DNA of 64,000 bases from Vicugna vicugna (GCA_013265495.1 MU058198.1:6711779-6775778), one strand, 5' to 3'; shown: positions 37,101 to 49,652, counted from the first letter of the stretch. A program made the numbers and translations. Notes: generated by a model not told the origin, from the sequence alone.

Positions 37101-40100
37101 CTTGGTTGGCAATCAATTCTAAAAACTGGTTTACCTTGTTATACGAGTAAAACAGTGTCTCTGAATTATTCTTTGACACTACAAAGCCACAAACCTTCAA
37201 TATCAAAAAGGCCTTTGAGGATCCCATGGCTAATCCAACCTCTGACACTTGAGATTTTTAACTAAATCTAACTTTAGATTTTTTTTTTGTAGGGGGGTGA
37301 GGGAGGGCATGGGGGCTGGGGCTGGTTGTTACATATACAAAGTAAAATTTCACTGGTTAAAAAAAATATATCAAGGGTAATCCCTAAAGTGAGAAATAAT
37401 AAATAAGATAGGATTCTTCTCAAAATAATTATTCCAAGTGAAAGAAAGCCAGATCCCTCCCAATCAAGTTATATACTGTATGAATCCATTTATATAAAAT
37501 TCTAAAAAATGCCAACTTATCTAGTGATAGAAAACAAATCAATGGCTGCCCAGAGAAAGGGCAAGGGGAGGTGGGGCAGGAAGAAAGGTTTACTAAGGGG
37601 CATGAACAAATTTTGAGGAGTGATGGATTTTATTTATTCTAATTATAGTGATGGTTTCATGGCTGTAAACATGTCACAACTTACCAAATTTCTAGCTTTA
37701 AATATGTACAGTTATTATACATCAATTATACCTCAATAAAGCTATCAAGAATTTTTAAATAAAAAAGGATAAATAGAAAACATAGTAAGACAGTAAGAAC
37801 AAGATCAGATACATTAATAATCACAATAAATGTAAATGAACTACCCAGCATAGATTAAAAAGCAGAGATGAAGTTCTGAAGATGTGGTGATAGCTGCACA
37901 ACCATGTAAACGTACTAAAAACCACGAAATTGTACACTTAAAAATGACTAAAATGGTAAGTTTTATGTAATGTGTAGCCAATTGAAAAAAAAGTAAAGAA
38001 AGCAGAGATGATCACGAGATTAAAAGCAAAAACAAACAGAAAAACCCAGCTGTGTTTATAAAACTATCCTAACCATAAAACACGGAAAGGTTCAAAATAA
38101 AATGACAAGAAAAAAACACTGCACACACTGGTCCAAATAATGGAGACTTCGAAACACAATTATTGAAAGACAAAAACATAAAGGAGATATAAAAGATATG
38201 AACCAATAATAAGGCTGACAGTTCTACAGGATGTCAGTAGGCTTAAAAAATGAGTTTCAGAGTCAAGCCAATTTAAGAGATGATTAATAAAAAAAACTTC
38301 AGCAGATCTATTTTGGTGGAACTTTCCAGACTCAATATTAATGTATGGATATGGCTGTAAATCCCCCAAGAAGGGGCAAGATACTGTGGTATAGTAAGAA
38401 ATATGCATTTGGTCTTTGTCCTCAGTTTCTGACAAAGATCTCCTAAATCCCTTAGAATTTTCTGAGCAATAGCAGCATCTTTGGTTCTAGTGAGGTCACT
38501 GGTGGTGGGTCTCTAAAAAGCTTTCAGAATTGGGGCTGGCTGTTAAAAAGACCAAGGCTGATTAGAGGGTTGGAACTTACAGCCCCACCCTCTGACCACT
38601 AGGGAGGGGGAGAGGGACTGGAGATGGAGCCTATGGACCAGTAATTTAATCAATCATAGCTACATAATGAAGCCTCCATAAAAATCTCTAAAGTGATGAA
38701 GTCTGAGAGGCAGTTGGTGACCACACTGAGGTGCTGGGAGGATGGTGCACTCAAAGGGGACACGGAAGCTCTGTGCTCCTTCTCTCATACCCTGCCCCGT
38801 GCATTGCTTCCATTTGGAGGTTGCTGAGTTGTAACCTTTACAATAAACTGGTAAGTAAAGAGCTTTCCTGAGTTTTGTGGGTTGGTCCAGCAAACTAATG
38901 AACCTAAGGAGGCAGTTGTGGAACTCCCTGAATTTACAGCTGGTTGGTCAGAAGTACAGGAGCCAAACTTGGAACTTATGGCTGGCATCTAAGGTGGCGG
39001 TAGGCTTGTGGGGTCTGTGCTAACTTTGGCTAGTTACTGTCAGAACGGCATTGAGTGCTGAACGGCCAGGTGGTGTCCAGAGAGTTGGGTAACTGGCTGA
39101 TATGAGGGAAAAAACTCACACATACGGTGTCAGAAGTGTTGTGGGTAAAAACGTATTAGATACACACCACTTCCTGCTCTTGACCAGTGCTCCATGAAGC
39201 ACACAATGAAAAACGCTTCTCAATAAAACACCTATACCTGGACCCCTCTAGTGTTAGGGAACTTAACTCCCGAAGCAGCGTAACTCCAACTTTTGAAAGC
39301 AAGAAAGCAACCCTAAGAGCATCAATAGTTCTGCCAGTTATCACTGAGCTTGTTATTTGACTCTTGTGGAGGACACAGGGGTGGTTTCACCTTGACTTCA
39401 AAGGAGGAAACCGGGGTTTAAGAAGGTTAAGTAACTCACCCTAAATTGACAGCTACTAAAGGACTAAGGGCTGGGACTGGAATCCAAATCAGAATCCTTC
39501 CTCATTCCATGACGGTACTAGTAGAGTTCAGGAAGGCTTGCTGCAGTCTACTGCTATATACTAGTAAGTTCTCAGAAAGAGTGACAAGAGAAGCAACTGT
39601 CACTGAAGGCTCATCACATACCAGTGACTGGGCAAGCCACTTCCCTACATTATTACCTCCCTGTACAGGTATCGTTGAAGGCACAGTTGAGTACCACCCC
39701 ATTTTACAAATAAGAAAGCTGAAGACTGGAAGGGTTAAGCAGTTTTTCCACTATCACACAGCTGATCAGCATCACAGAGTGATAACTCTCAGTCCACATG
39801 CAGAGAGTAATGTCGTGGTTAAATATTTGGATACTGGAGCCTTCAAATCCCATCCTCAGGAAACATCAGCTTCATGATCTCAGCCAACTAACATACTTGA
39901 CTCTGCAGTCCCTCTGTTGGCCTCTATTACCTAAAAGATTCCCTGAGGGGGGCAGTATAGGGGTAGGGTAGTAAGAGGCACAAACCATTAGGTAAAAAAT
40001 AAGCTACAAGAATACTGTACAACACAGGAAATATAGTCAACATTTTATAATAACTATAAAGTACAACCTTTAAAATTGTGAATCATTATATTAGACACCT

Positions 40101-43100
40101 GTAACTTATATAATACTCTACAGCAAACTACACTTCAATAAAAAAAATTTTTAATGAAAAAATTGAAAAAGCTGAAGTTGAAAAAAACCAAACAAATAAT
40201 AAATAAAAGGACTCCATAGAAGCAGCAACAACTTCCAAGATGCCTAAAGGCTTCCTACCCTTCCCACTGCAGCCTGAGGTACCATTATTACTTTTCTTAC
40301 TTTTTAAGGAATCTTGAGGCCAGCACAGTCTGTTTCCCTTCCTCCTCCTCTGAGTCTGAATCAGAAGATGTGGAACCTGTGTCCCAATCTTCATCATCTT
40401 CTGAGTCTTCTGAGTCCTCATCTTCATCCTTAGAGGAAAAAAGAGCATCAGAAGAAAGAAGATGGAAAGGCTGACTGGTCTCTCTGCTCTCCCTGCTGAC
40501 ACATGTTCCAGCGATTCTCAGGAGCAGAAGAGTGAATCAAAAATCAAGATATTAAGAGCTAGACTAGACCACCAAGACCAGAGAGAAGTGGTGACTTGCT
40601 CCAGGGACACACAGCTCCCCAGGGGTGAGAGAATCTAGTTCTCTGGATTCCAGGTCGTTCAGTGCTCTAACCCAAGAGGAAACGTGCTCCCAAACCAGAC
40701 TCTGCTAAACCTCACCCTTCCCAACCCTAGGGCTCTGTGAGGCTTTTCTTCTCCCCATGGGCCCAAGAATGGTTCACAGCAGGCAAACCACACCTCAGTA
40801 TAATTCTAGGTCTTACTTCCATCTTTTTGAGGAACTTGCGACTCTCTCCAGAAGGAGCTTCTGATTTCTTCTTTAGGAAAGCTGCAGCACTGACTCCCTC
40901 ATCATCCTCATCCTCATCTGAAGAGCCTGGTGAGAAAGAGAAGAGTTAAAAACAAAAGTGAATGGCAACCAAGAAACCAGGCCAAGGAAGCCCCTAACCA
41001 TTTGCAATCAGGGTTTCCTCTCTCACCTTCTGAATCCTCCTCATTCTTCTCAGCATCTTCATCTGCAGACTGCTCAGGGTTCTTGACAGGGGGAAATGAG
41101 AGAATAAAGGATGCCTGCCAACCACACCATCCCCCCACCTCAACCCACAGAGTTTTGTCATGATTCTTTCTCCAGTCATACCTCCCATCTGCAAATGCTT
41201 TTTTGTCTCAGTCATGGGGTCACTGTTCCCACACTTCAAAAACTCTCCTTCTAGCACCCTACCTGCTTGTAATTCGTAATATGGGACTCAAAATCTCGGT
41301 TGTATTTTCGGATCTTCTGGCGCAGGGTGCTCAGGGCCTTGGCATTGTTCTTGTTCATCTTCTTCTTCCCTTCCTTATCTTCCCATAGCTGAAGAAAAGA
41401 ATAGGGAAAAAAGGGGGAGCAGAGATCTGAGACTACGTAGCATTCCCTACAACTTCAGAGTCTTGCTATCTGTACACCATCTGACTACTTTCTAACTACA
41501 CCTGTTAACTTACTGTTAAAAGATCCGTTATTTATGTGCCATTGGGAAAAGTGCAAAACCACTTTTGAGGCAAGAGATAATATAAGTAACAAGAGGTAAT
41601 ACCAAAAAAGGTACAATTAAAATTCTTAGCATAAAATAAGCCCCCCTCCTTGCTTCACTCCCTACTTCTCATGTTCCGGGAAATACTGAATATCTGGCAA
41701 ACGACTCTGAGGAGACATGATCTCCAGGTGTGGGTTAGGAGAAGGCCTCAGGTCCACAATCCCCTTCTGCACCCTCCCACCCCCATAGGAATCACACCTC
41801 ATTAAGATAGTCCTCCAGGTCAGCCAGGATTCGGATATAGAACCGGGGGACACCTTCCTTGTCCACAATGCTCTTAGCCTTCCCATACGCTTTTCCCAGG
41901 AGCTCAAACTCTTCTAGGCACTTGGTGACATCCCGAATCTTCATGGCATTACGAATGGTCCGGATAAGGTTGGTCAGCTCCTCAAACCTAGTTTGAAAGC
42001 CCAATACCACGTTGGACATGTCCACCATCACCAACCAGAAAACCCACCACTGCTTCAGAGACTCCTCATCACCCAGCCTTCCCATGGCCTCACCTCTTAT
42101 CCTTGGCACTTCGGACAACTCTCTTGGTATCTTCTTCATCCTCACTCAGCAACAATGGCCTATTTGGAAGGAACAGAAGCCATTAGCCCCTCTTCCTAGT
42201 TCCAGTCTTTCCAAATGATCTCCATTTCTCTTCTCAGATGCGACAGGTAGAGCTGAGTAACTCAGGCCTATTCTGACCGCACACATCCTGTTCTAGTCTT
42301 CCTCTTCACAAAGAACTCAATCTTCTAAGCCTCCTTTAAGGCCTTTTGTCAAATGTTGTAACACATACAAAAATGGCCATCTCCATCCTCTCCAATAGAA
42401 ACAAATAAAAGGGCTTATTTACTGTGTCAGAAAATTAATTATGTGAAGATACATGTCACTAAGAATTACTAAAAGAAGTTGCGGAAAAGGGTACTTTAGC
42501 TAGAATGAATGAATGGAAAAGATGGTACCTGAACTAGGTCCTAGAAAGCAATGCTTCCCAGAGTGAGAGGACAAGGGCAAGGAAAGAGCCTCAGTGGCTT
42601 TAACACCTCCATTTTTAGTATTTTTCCTTAACAATTAGAGACCAGACAGCATTCAGCTGATAACAATCTCTTTTTTTCTCTATCTTATTAATTTTTCAAA
42701 TTATTTATTCTATAGCAAATGATGTTGGTTTTCCACTCGTGGTAGAGATATGAAATCATATTCATGTGGATATACATCTGTGTATACATTTTTTTTTTCA
42801 TCTTTAAGATACTAGTAGAGGTTTAAGAACCTGTCTGCAGTGCCAGGTGGCTGGGGTTCAGAGCCACATCAAGGAGCTCCCAGTTATCAAGCGAGTATTT
42901 GGGGTTTCTTTTTGTAAACAGTGAGAGGCCATTAAGGATTTCCTGGTGGTATGAATAACTGATTTTTGGAATCCAAAGTCAAGAAGGGTTGTGGAAAGTG
43001 GGGTGTTTCAGAGGCTGTGGACACGGGGGTCATTTGGAAGCTAATGCAACAGACCCAGCCAGTGGGAAACCTCTTCTCTGTGACTCTATCCTTCGCCTAG

Positions 43101-43399
43101 TGGGTAGATTCCTACAAATCACAGGACCCTAAGCATTCAGGTTGTCCCTCCAACACTGCTTCAGTCCCTTAAACTCTCGACATGCCTAAAATCCGCTCTC
43201 GCTACCTCACCTCTATTACCCTCCCATACACACGGCCTTCCGCAGCCTGCCGAAACCTGCACCCCCGAGTGGTCCCCATGACGCAGGCCTCCACTCACTG
43301 TTTGCCGTAGTTACCCCCAACGGGTTTGGTGACGAGCTCCTCCCCAGACAGGGACGACTCGGACTCACTGTCCGAACCGGTGGTAAAAAACCGCGACAT
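25024..43399 (-). CDS. EIF3C: Eukaryotic translation initiation factor 3 subunit C, complete CDS (913 aa)
   Basis: [34 protein letters not shown]...[13 protein letters not shown]; 20 coding exons sum to 2742 nt with no internal stop; C-terminal PCI-domain region ([22 protein letters not shown]...[15 protein letters not shown]). Confidence 0.98.
25205..25367 (-). CDS. EIF3C: EIF3C coding exon 19
   Basis: [31 protein letters not shown]...YGGYFR|gtgagt. Confidence 0.95.
25465..25552 (-). CDS. EIF3C: EIF3C coding exon 18
   Basis: [29 protein letters not shown]|gtaagg. Confidence 0.95.
25642..25707 (-). CDS. EIF3C: EIF3C coding exon 17
   Basis: [22 protein letters not shown]|gtagga. Confidence 0.95.
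25791..25950 (-). CDS. EIF3C: EIF3C coding exon 16
   Basis: [23 protein letters not shown]...TMLVR|gtgagc. Confidence 0.95.
27301..27664 (-). CDS. EIF3C: EIF3C coding exon 15
   Basis: [18 protein letters not shown]...VGERQPLL|gtgagt. Confidence 0.95.
27715..28545 (-). mobile_element. L2 fragment
   Basis: TTTATCCAACAAATAGACATTAAGCACC (antisense L2 3' end) followed by a purine-rich L2 body. Confidence 0.7.
28575..30530 (+). mobile_element. Old L1 ORF2/3' fragment interrupted by MER2
   Basis: AAAATATTAGCAAACAAAATCCAGCAA, TCAATAGATGCAGAAAAAA and GCAGATGACATGATT motifs. Confidence 0.8.
29145..29441 (+). mobile_element. MER2-like (TcMar-Tigger) MITE
   Basis: GATGCTCAAGTC-CTTATATAAAATGGCATAGTATTTGCATA core; ends GGACTGTA. 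Confidence 0.7.
31052..31276 (-). CDS. EIF3C: EIF3C coding exon 14
   Basis: [27 protein letters not shown]...HADPPVQ|gtagaa. Confidence 0.95.
31528..31718 (-). CDS. EIF3C: EIF3C coding exon 13
   Basis: [27 protein letters not shown]...PEGSSK|gtgagt. Confidence 0.95.
32482..32575 (-). CDS. EIF3C: EIF3C coding exon 12
   Basis: [31 protein letters not shown]|gtgagt. Confidence 0.95.
32691..32816 (-). CDS. EIF3C: EIF3C coding exon 11
   Basis: [42 protein letters not shown]|gtaaag. Confidence 0.95.
33006..33147 (-). CDS. EIF3C: EIF3C coding exon 10
   Basis: [29 protein letters not shown]...LATYMK|gtgagg. Confidence 0.95.
33579..33682 (-). CDS. EIF3C: EIF3C coding exon 9
   Basis: [35 protein letters not shown]|gtaaga. 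Confidence 0.95.
33822..33981 (-). CDS. EIF3C: EIF3C coding exon 8
   Basis: [22 protein letters not shown]...GGVPLVK|gtgagg. Confidence 0.95.
35840..36268 (+). mobile_element. Solo LTR with 5-bp TSD in EIF3C intron
   Basis: TGTTGG...CCAATA termini flanked by CTCAC at 35835-35839 and 36269-36273; TATA-like TATTATATA near 36041. Confidence 0.75.
38385..39158 (+). mobile_element. MER21-like solo LTR
   Basis: TGTGGTATAG start; GATTAGAGGGTTGGAACTT-CAGCCCCACCC and GGTGTCAGAAGTG motifs; GATAC direct repeats on both flanks. Confidence 0.75.
39945..40205 (+). mobile_element. L1 3' UTR end with A-rich tail
   Basis: TACAACACAGGAAATATAGTCAAC...CTACACTTCAATAAAAAA. Confidence 0.65.
40301..40428 (-). CDS. 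EIF3C: EIF3C coding exon 7
   Basis: [43 protein letters not shown]|gtaaga. Confidence 0.93.
40817..40926 (-). CDS. EIF3C: EIF3C coding exon 6
   Basis: [37 protein letters not shown]|gtaaga. Confidence 0.93.
41027..41081 (-). CDS. EIF3C: EIF3C coding exon 5
   Basis: [18 protein letters not shown]|gtgaga. Confidence 0.93.
41263..41388 (-). CDS. EIF3C: EIF3C coding exon 4
   Basis: [42 protein letters not shown]|gtaggg. Confidence 0.95.
41798..41987 (-). CDS. EIF3C: EIF3C coding exon 3
   Basis: [19 protein letters not shown]...LEDYLNE|gtgtga. Confidence 0.95.
42094..42159 (-). CDS. EIF3C: EIF3C coding exon 2
   Basis: [22 protein letters not shown]|gtgagg. Confidence 0.95.
43299..43399 (-). 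CDS. EIF3C: EIF3C coding exon 1
   Basis: [22 protein letters not shown]...NYGKQ|gtgagt. Confidence 0.95.
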
Positions 43400-43574
43400 G
43401 GCGACAGCGCTCAGAGGCTGCGGCGGGCGCGGCCGGACCTACGGGAGAGCCAGAGAGTCACGGGCCGCGAGAAGGGGCCAGGGCCGCCACCCCTGACCCC
43501 AGGTCTCGCCGTCACTGCACGTACCCCAACCGGAGGTCCCCCTTCTCGAAACACGAGGCCCAAGAAGTACTTAC

Positions 43575-43631
43575 CAGCTGAGCTCGCGACTCACACTGCG
43601 CTGCCGAAACAGCGGAAACGCGGAAAGAAGG
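43575..43631 (-). other. EIF3C: EIF3C non-coding exon 1 (TSS approximate)
   Basis: CCTTCTTTCC...CAGCTG|gtaagt strong donor; next acceptor ctctcccgtag| at 43438 upstream of GTCGCCATG. Confidence 0.7.
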
Positions 43632-43642
43632 CGGGATCCTTG

Positions 43643-43722
43643 CGTCACTTCCGGGAGACGCTAACGAACTACACTGGACGACTACAACTCCCAGAGGTCC
43701 TCGCGTCACGCAGGGGGCGGGG
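43643..43722. promoter_or_regulatory. EIF3C proximal promoter motifs
   Basis: CGTCACTTCCGG (overlapping ETS and half-CRE) at 43643-43654; ACTACAACTCCCAG (ZNF143/THAP11-type) at 43681-43694; GC box GGGGGCGGGG at 43713-43722; CpG-rich 43200-43760. Confidence 0.7.
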
Positions 43723-43899
43723 ACAGACCTGAAGTAACCTTGACAGGAAGGACGTGGCTTCGAGGTTGCAGGATCTGATAGTGCTTTGCTGTCGTGTTTT
43801 ATTGCGTACAGACAGGCAACCTCATCCCTCACCTGTGGAATCGGAATCTCAGGTCCACGAGTTTACGTTTTTAAAGCACCCACATGACGCTGATGAGCT

Positions 43900-44890
43900 G
43901 CAAGGTTTTGGAGCTAGGCTTAGAGCAAACTTCGAATCGGACTTTGTATTCAAATCCCACCTCCACCACTTACTAGTGTGTGAACCTAGGCAGATTTCCT
44001 AACCTCATTGTGATTCAGTCTCCCCAAGTAAGAACCATAACAGGACCTACTTCATAGGGTGTTATGAGAATTAAGTGACTTCGTATCTAGGACAGTGCCT
44101 CGTACAAAATAAGAATATAATAAATATTAGCTTGTATTCATTATTATACGAATGCTTATTGACTGATAATTTATTATGAACCAGCAATGTTTTAGGCACT
44201 GAACACAGAGGTGAACAAAATAGAAAAGGTCCTTGATTTCACAAGGGAAATTCACATTCTAGTGAAGTAGCATAATTAACAAGTCAGCAAATAAAGATAA
44301 TTCCAGATAGTAACTAAAAAACACCATAAAAATATCAATGTGTCTAGTTAGATGGGAAGACAATTTTGGATAGGAGATCAGGGCCTCTCTGAAGAGGTGA
44401 CAATTGAGCTGAGATCCAAATGACAGGAAGGAGGGAAACATGCAGAAGTTCATCTAGGGAAAGAACATTTCAAACTCTTCAAGGGAAGGGGGCGCAGCAA
44501 GTGCAAAGGCCCTGAGGTGGAAATGAGCTTGGCCAGGTTCTAGGAATAAAGAGAAGGCCAGTGTGCTATCAGAGAAGTGAGCAATGTATTAACAGTATGG
44601 AAGTGGATAATGCTAGATCATGTAGGTCCTTGTTGGCCTGTAGATTTAAATTCAGGTGGGTTGGAGAAGCAATTAACCGGAGTTTTAGCAAGGACTGTTT
44701 TACATTTTTAAAGGTGGTTTCATTCATTCAGCATTTGCTGTGTGTCTGGTACTAGTTAACACTGGAGGTACAATGATCCCCTGAAAGAAAAGTAGTACTT
44801 AGCAGACTGAGGGGAAAGAAGGAGGCCTCTTTAGGTAGAGGAAACATTGTGAACAAAATCTTACAGATAGGAAAGCTCAGGGCACATTCA
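43900..44890. mobile_element. MIR followed by antisense L2 fragments
   Basis: TTCAAATCCCACCTCCACCACTTACTAG-TGTGAACCTAGGCA MIR core; GCAAAGGCCCTGAGGTGG L2 motif. Confidence 0.65.
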
Positions 44891-45525
44891 GCAGCTGGCA
44901 TATAGGGGCTGAATGTGACAGGGCCTTTCCAAACATCCTAGCCTGTTCTCCTTCCACACTGCCCCCCTTTTTCTCTCTGTCTCTCTTCCTCTCCCTTTTC
45001 CTCTCTCTCTCCTTCTCTCCCCGCAGATCCACCTGATGCTGGCATCAACCTCTTCACCTCCCAAAACAGAAGTGGAAGGCATTGAAATTGGCAAGGGAAC
45101 TTAAGTAAAGGGTAAAGGAGGTTGAGTGATTTGAAGATCATTGTCACTGAAGACGAAGAAATGCAAATTCAGACTACAGTAAAGCTACTGATTTTAGAGT
45201 GGTTTCTCGTTACTCCCAAGCCCCTGATCATTTGCAAAGGAAAAATCATATCCGAACTCTCTATTTTTTACTAATCCTTTACTAAGTCATTATGAAAAAT
45301 TTCGATTTAACAGAGAGGGGGCTTTTTCAGTAAACTTCTTATTGAACTGTAACATAGATTCAGATAAATGACAGATCATAAGTGCACAGCTTGATGAGCT
45401 TCCACAAAGCGAGCACACCTTTATGCCTACATCAAGAAACCAAACATGACCAGAACTACCCACGCAAACTCCCTTCTTGTATCCCCCTCCTGTCACTACC
45501 TAGCAGGTCTCTAAAATTTTATTTT

Positions 45526-45678
45526 ACTTTTAAAAATATTTATTTAATTATTTATTGTTTGTGGGGGAGGTAATTAGGTTTATTTACTTATTTATTTTAA
45601 CGCAGGTACTGGGGATTGAATCCAGGACCTCGTGCATACTAAGCATGCACTCTACCACTGAGCTATACCCTCTCCCCC
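45526..45678 (-). mobile_element. Vic-1-like SINE
   Basis: Reverse-complement head with A and B boxes and AT-rich tail. Confidence 0.85.
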
Positions 45679-47272
45679 TTACATTTTATTTTTTCTCATG
45701 AAATATTTCAACATAGTGTCAAGAATAAAGACTATTCTAATGAACATCTATGTACTCCCCATCCACCAAGCATTATCAAAACTTAATATGATACCACATA
45801 CCACATTTTGCTATGGCTCTTTTTTTTTTAAGAAAAAATTTAAATACACTTAGGATATCCTAGATAAATGGAGGTCTTGATGAACAAGGTACACCTACAA
45901 ATATCTTTAAAGCAGCTACCATGTTCCAGGCTCTTTCACGTAATCATCTCTCTTTATTTTAAAATATACATGTACATGATTGCAAAATGTAAATGATACA
46001 AATGAATATATAAGGGACATTGAAAAGCCACTCAGATGTAAAAATTACTCTTCACGCAGGACCACGCTGTGCATAGCAGGCTTGCTTGGCCTTCACCCGC
46101 TAACGGGCTCTGCCCCATCTACAGTGAGATTCAAAACTCCACAAACTTCCAAAATGACCACAGGGGGCAGTACCACTGCCTTGAGTACCACTGCTCAAGA
46201 TCTGTTCTGTCTAATAGAAGAAACAACAGCTGTCTGTGGCTTATTATATTTAACTTAACTAATTTATATTAAATAAAATTGAAAGTTCAGTTTCTCAGTC
46301 ATACTAGCCACATTTCAAGTACTTAAAAACCACATGAAGCAAAAACTACCGCAGAGAAAAGCCCAGATCCAGATGGCTTCACTAGTTAATTCTACCAATA
46401 TTTAAAGAACTAACACTAGTTCTTCAAAAACTTTTCTTTTTTTATAGAAGAGAAAACACTTCCCAACTCATTCTATGAGGTTCACATTGCCCTGATACCA
46501 AAATCAGACAAAAATGACGCAAGAAAAGAAAATTACAGGACAATTTCCCTTATGAATATAGACATAAAAATCCTCAACGAAATACTAGAAAATCTAATAC
46601 ATAAACCATAACCAAGGAGGATTTATCATGAGTGCAAAGTCAGTTTAACATATGAAAATGAATTAACATAATATACCATATCAATAGAATAAAGGATAAA
46701 AACCATATCATCATCCCAATAGATGTAAAAAAAAACAATGTTTTGACAACATCCAAAACTCCTTCACAATCAGAACACTTAACAAACTGGGAATAGAAGG
46801 GAATTTCCTCAATATGTTAAAGGGCATCCACAAAATATCCACAGGTAATATCATACTTAATGATGAAAGACAGATAGCTTTTTCCCTAAGATCAGGAACA
46901 ACATGACAAAGTCTATTGTTGCCATTTCTAGTCAATATTGTACTGGAGGTTCTAGCCAGGACAATTAGGCCATAAAGTGAAGCAAAAGGAATCTAGGTTA
47001 GAAACGTTTGCAGAGGACATAATCTTGTATATAGAAAATCCTAAGGAATCTACAAAAAAAGGTATCTGAGCTAACAAGTCCAGCAAGGTTGGAGGATAAA
47101 AGATCAACAGACAAAACTCAATTCCATTTCTATACACTTGTAATGAACAATCCAAAATGAAATTAGAAAAATAATTCTTTATACAAAAGCACCAAAAAGA
47201 ATGAAATACTTACAAATAAATTTAACAAAAGTGGTGTAAAATGTGTACTCCGAAAACTACAAAGCATTTTTG

Positions 47273-47554
47273 TTTTATATATGCATTTTTTAAATTTATT
47301 AAAAAAATTTGGGGGGGTTATTAGGTTTACTGATTTGTTTTATTTTTAGAGGGGGTGCTGAGGATTGAACCCAGGACCTTGTGTATGCTAAGCATGCGCT
47401 CTACCACTTGAGCTATATCCTCTCCCCTTATACATTTTTTTTAAAGAGTAGGAGGTAATTAGGTTTATTTATTTGTTTATTTATTTATTTTTAAATGGAG
47501 GTACTGGGAATTGAACCCAGGACCTCATGTCTGCTAGGCATGCACCCTCCCCCT
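47273..47554 (-). mobile_element. Two tandem Vic-1-like SINEs within one 21-bp direct repeat
   Basis: GAAAACTACAAAGCATTTTTG at 47252-47272 and 47555-47575. Confidence 0.8.
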
Positions 47555-48014
47555 GAAAACTACAAAGCATTTTTGAAAAAAAGTAAAGAAGATCTAAATA
47601 AGTAGGAAGGTCTCCCATGTTCATGGATAAGAAGAGATAATATTGTTAAGATGGCAATACTTCTCAAATTGATCTACAGATTTAGTGCAATCCTTATCAA
47701 ACTCACAACTGGCTTAGTTGAAGAAATTGACAAGCTTGTCTTAAAATTCATAAAACAACCTCAAAAAAGAATGAAGCTAGAGGATTTACACTTCCCAATT
47801 TCAAACACTCTACAAGACTATAGTAAACAAGACAGTGTTGTACTAGCATAAGAATAAACATAAATCAGTGGTATCAAAGTGAGAGGCTAGAAATAAGCCC
47901 CAACATTTACAGTCAACTGATTTTCAGCAAGATACCAAAACAAATCAGTAAGGAAAGTCTTTTCAGCAAATAGTGTTGAGACAAGTGGATATTCACATGC
48001 AAAAGAATGAAGTT

Positions 48015-48440
48015 CTGAGCTGAGGCGGAGGTGGTCCCTAGGACCAAACCCAGTTTCAATAATTTGCTGTAAAGAATAACAAAACTCAGCATATAATCAT
48101 ATTCGTGACTATGACTTATTACAGTGGAAGGAAATGAAGCAAAATAAGCAAAGGGGAAAAGAAGGTGCATGGGGGTGAAGTCTGGGAGAAGCCAGGCACA
48201 GGCTCTTAAGGTTCCTCTCCTAGTGGAGTCACATAGGATATATTTAATTCCCCCAATCATGGATGAACAACAAGTTTATATTGTAAAGCACAGGGAACTA
48301 TATTCAATATCTTCTAGTAATTTATGGTGAAAGAGAACATGAAAGCGAATATATGTATGTTCCTATATGATTGAAGTATTGTGCTGTACACCAGAAATTA
48401 ACACAACATTGTAAAATTGTAAACTGACTATACTTCAATT

Positions 48441-48477
<37 letters not shown>

Positions 48478-49290
48478 GATCCTGAAACAGAAAAGGACAA
48501 TAGTAAAAAAAAAAAAGATGAAATCCATATAAATTATATATTTTAGTTAATAGTATTGCATCAATGTTAATTTCTTTAATACAATTTCTATGTTTTGATA
48601 AATATTCTGTAGTTAGGTAAGTTGTTAGTGTAAATTGAAATGTATATAGAAACTCTGTATGCTACTTTTTGCAACTCTACTGTGAATTTAAAATTATCTA
48701 TTAACAGATACACACTATAGTAGTAGTGTATACTACTATACATACTACTATGTATAAAACAGATTAACAGCAAGGGCCTACTGCATGGCACAGGGAACTA
48801 TATTCAATTTCTTGTAAAAAGTTATAATGGAAAAGAATCTGAAAATATATGTATGTATATGTATAACTGAATCGCTTTGCTATACACCTGAAACTAACAT
48901 TGTAAATCAAAATTTAATTTATTTAATACAAAATAAAATTTAAAAATTTTTACAATTTCCCCAGTCATGAATTGTGACAACACATATGAAATGTTGCCAG
49001 CTAGGGAAGTTTGTTAGCAACTCAGTGCCAGGGCTGTTATTGGGACGGGTCCCCTAGGCACTCTAGCTAGTACATACCCAAACTTCAGAGTCTCAGAAGG
49101 AAAGCAGGTGTTCAGCATAAATCATATTGTTTATAAGAACAGTTTAGACAGCGCCAGTAGCTCTTATCAGTTAATGGTGGGAAATAATTTTGAAATCTAA
49201 ATTCTTGAACTCCAGCCAAGGACCATTCTTGCAAGCAGGCTTTTACAAAGTTAGCAGTGTAGGCCTGCTATGTTAACTCTTTTCTGTATC
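48015..49290 (-). mobile_element. MER68/MER77-like LTR, split by younger L1 3' fragments (48262-48953)
   Basis: MER21-group motifs ending CCTGCTATGTTAACTCTTTTCTG; split flanked by AATTCCCCCAATCATG / AATTTCCCCAGTCATG. Confidence 0.6.
48444..48474. repeat. (TA)n microsatellite in L1 tail
   Basis: Uninterrupted TA run. Confidence 0.9.
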
Positions 49291-49475
49291 GACCCCTACC
49301 TCACATCACATGCAAACAAAACACACCTTAAAATGGACCAAAAGTATATAACTCTTAGAAGAAGACAGTAATTTTTCATGACCTTGATTTGGCAATGGTT
49401 TCATAGATATGTCACCAAAAGCACAAATAACCAAAGAAAAAATAAATTGGACTTCATCAAAATTAAAAACTTTTT

Positions 49476-49652
49476 GGGCAGAGGGTGTAGTTCAGGGGTA
49501 GAGTGCATGCCTAGCATGCATGAGGTCTTGGGGTCAATCCCCAGTACCTCCATAAAAAAAAAATATTAAATAAATAAACCTGATTACCTCACCACACACA
49601 CACACACACACAAAGATAAAATTAAAAAAAAAAAGAACTCTGACAAGAAAAA
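49476..49652 (+). mobile_element. Vic-1-like SINE with (CA)n in tail
   Basis: SINE head plus TSD AAAATTAAAAACTTTT. Confidence 0.85.
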
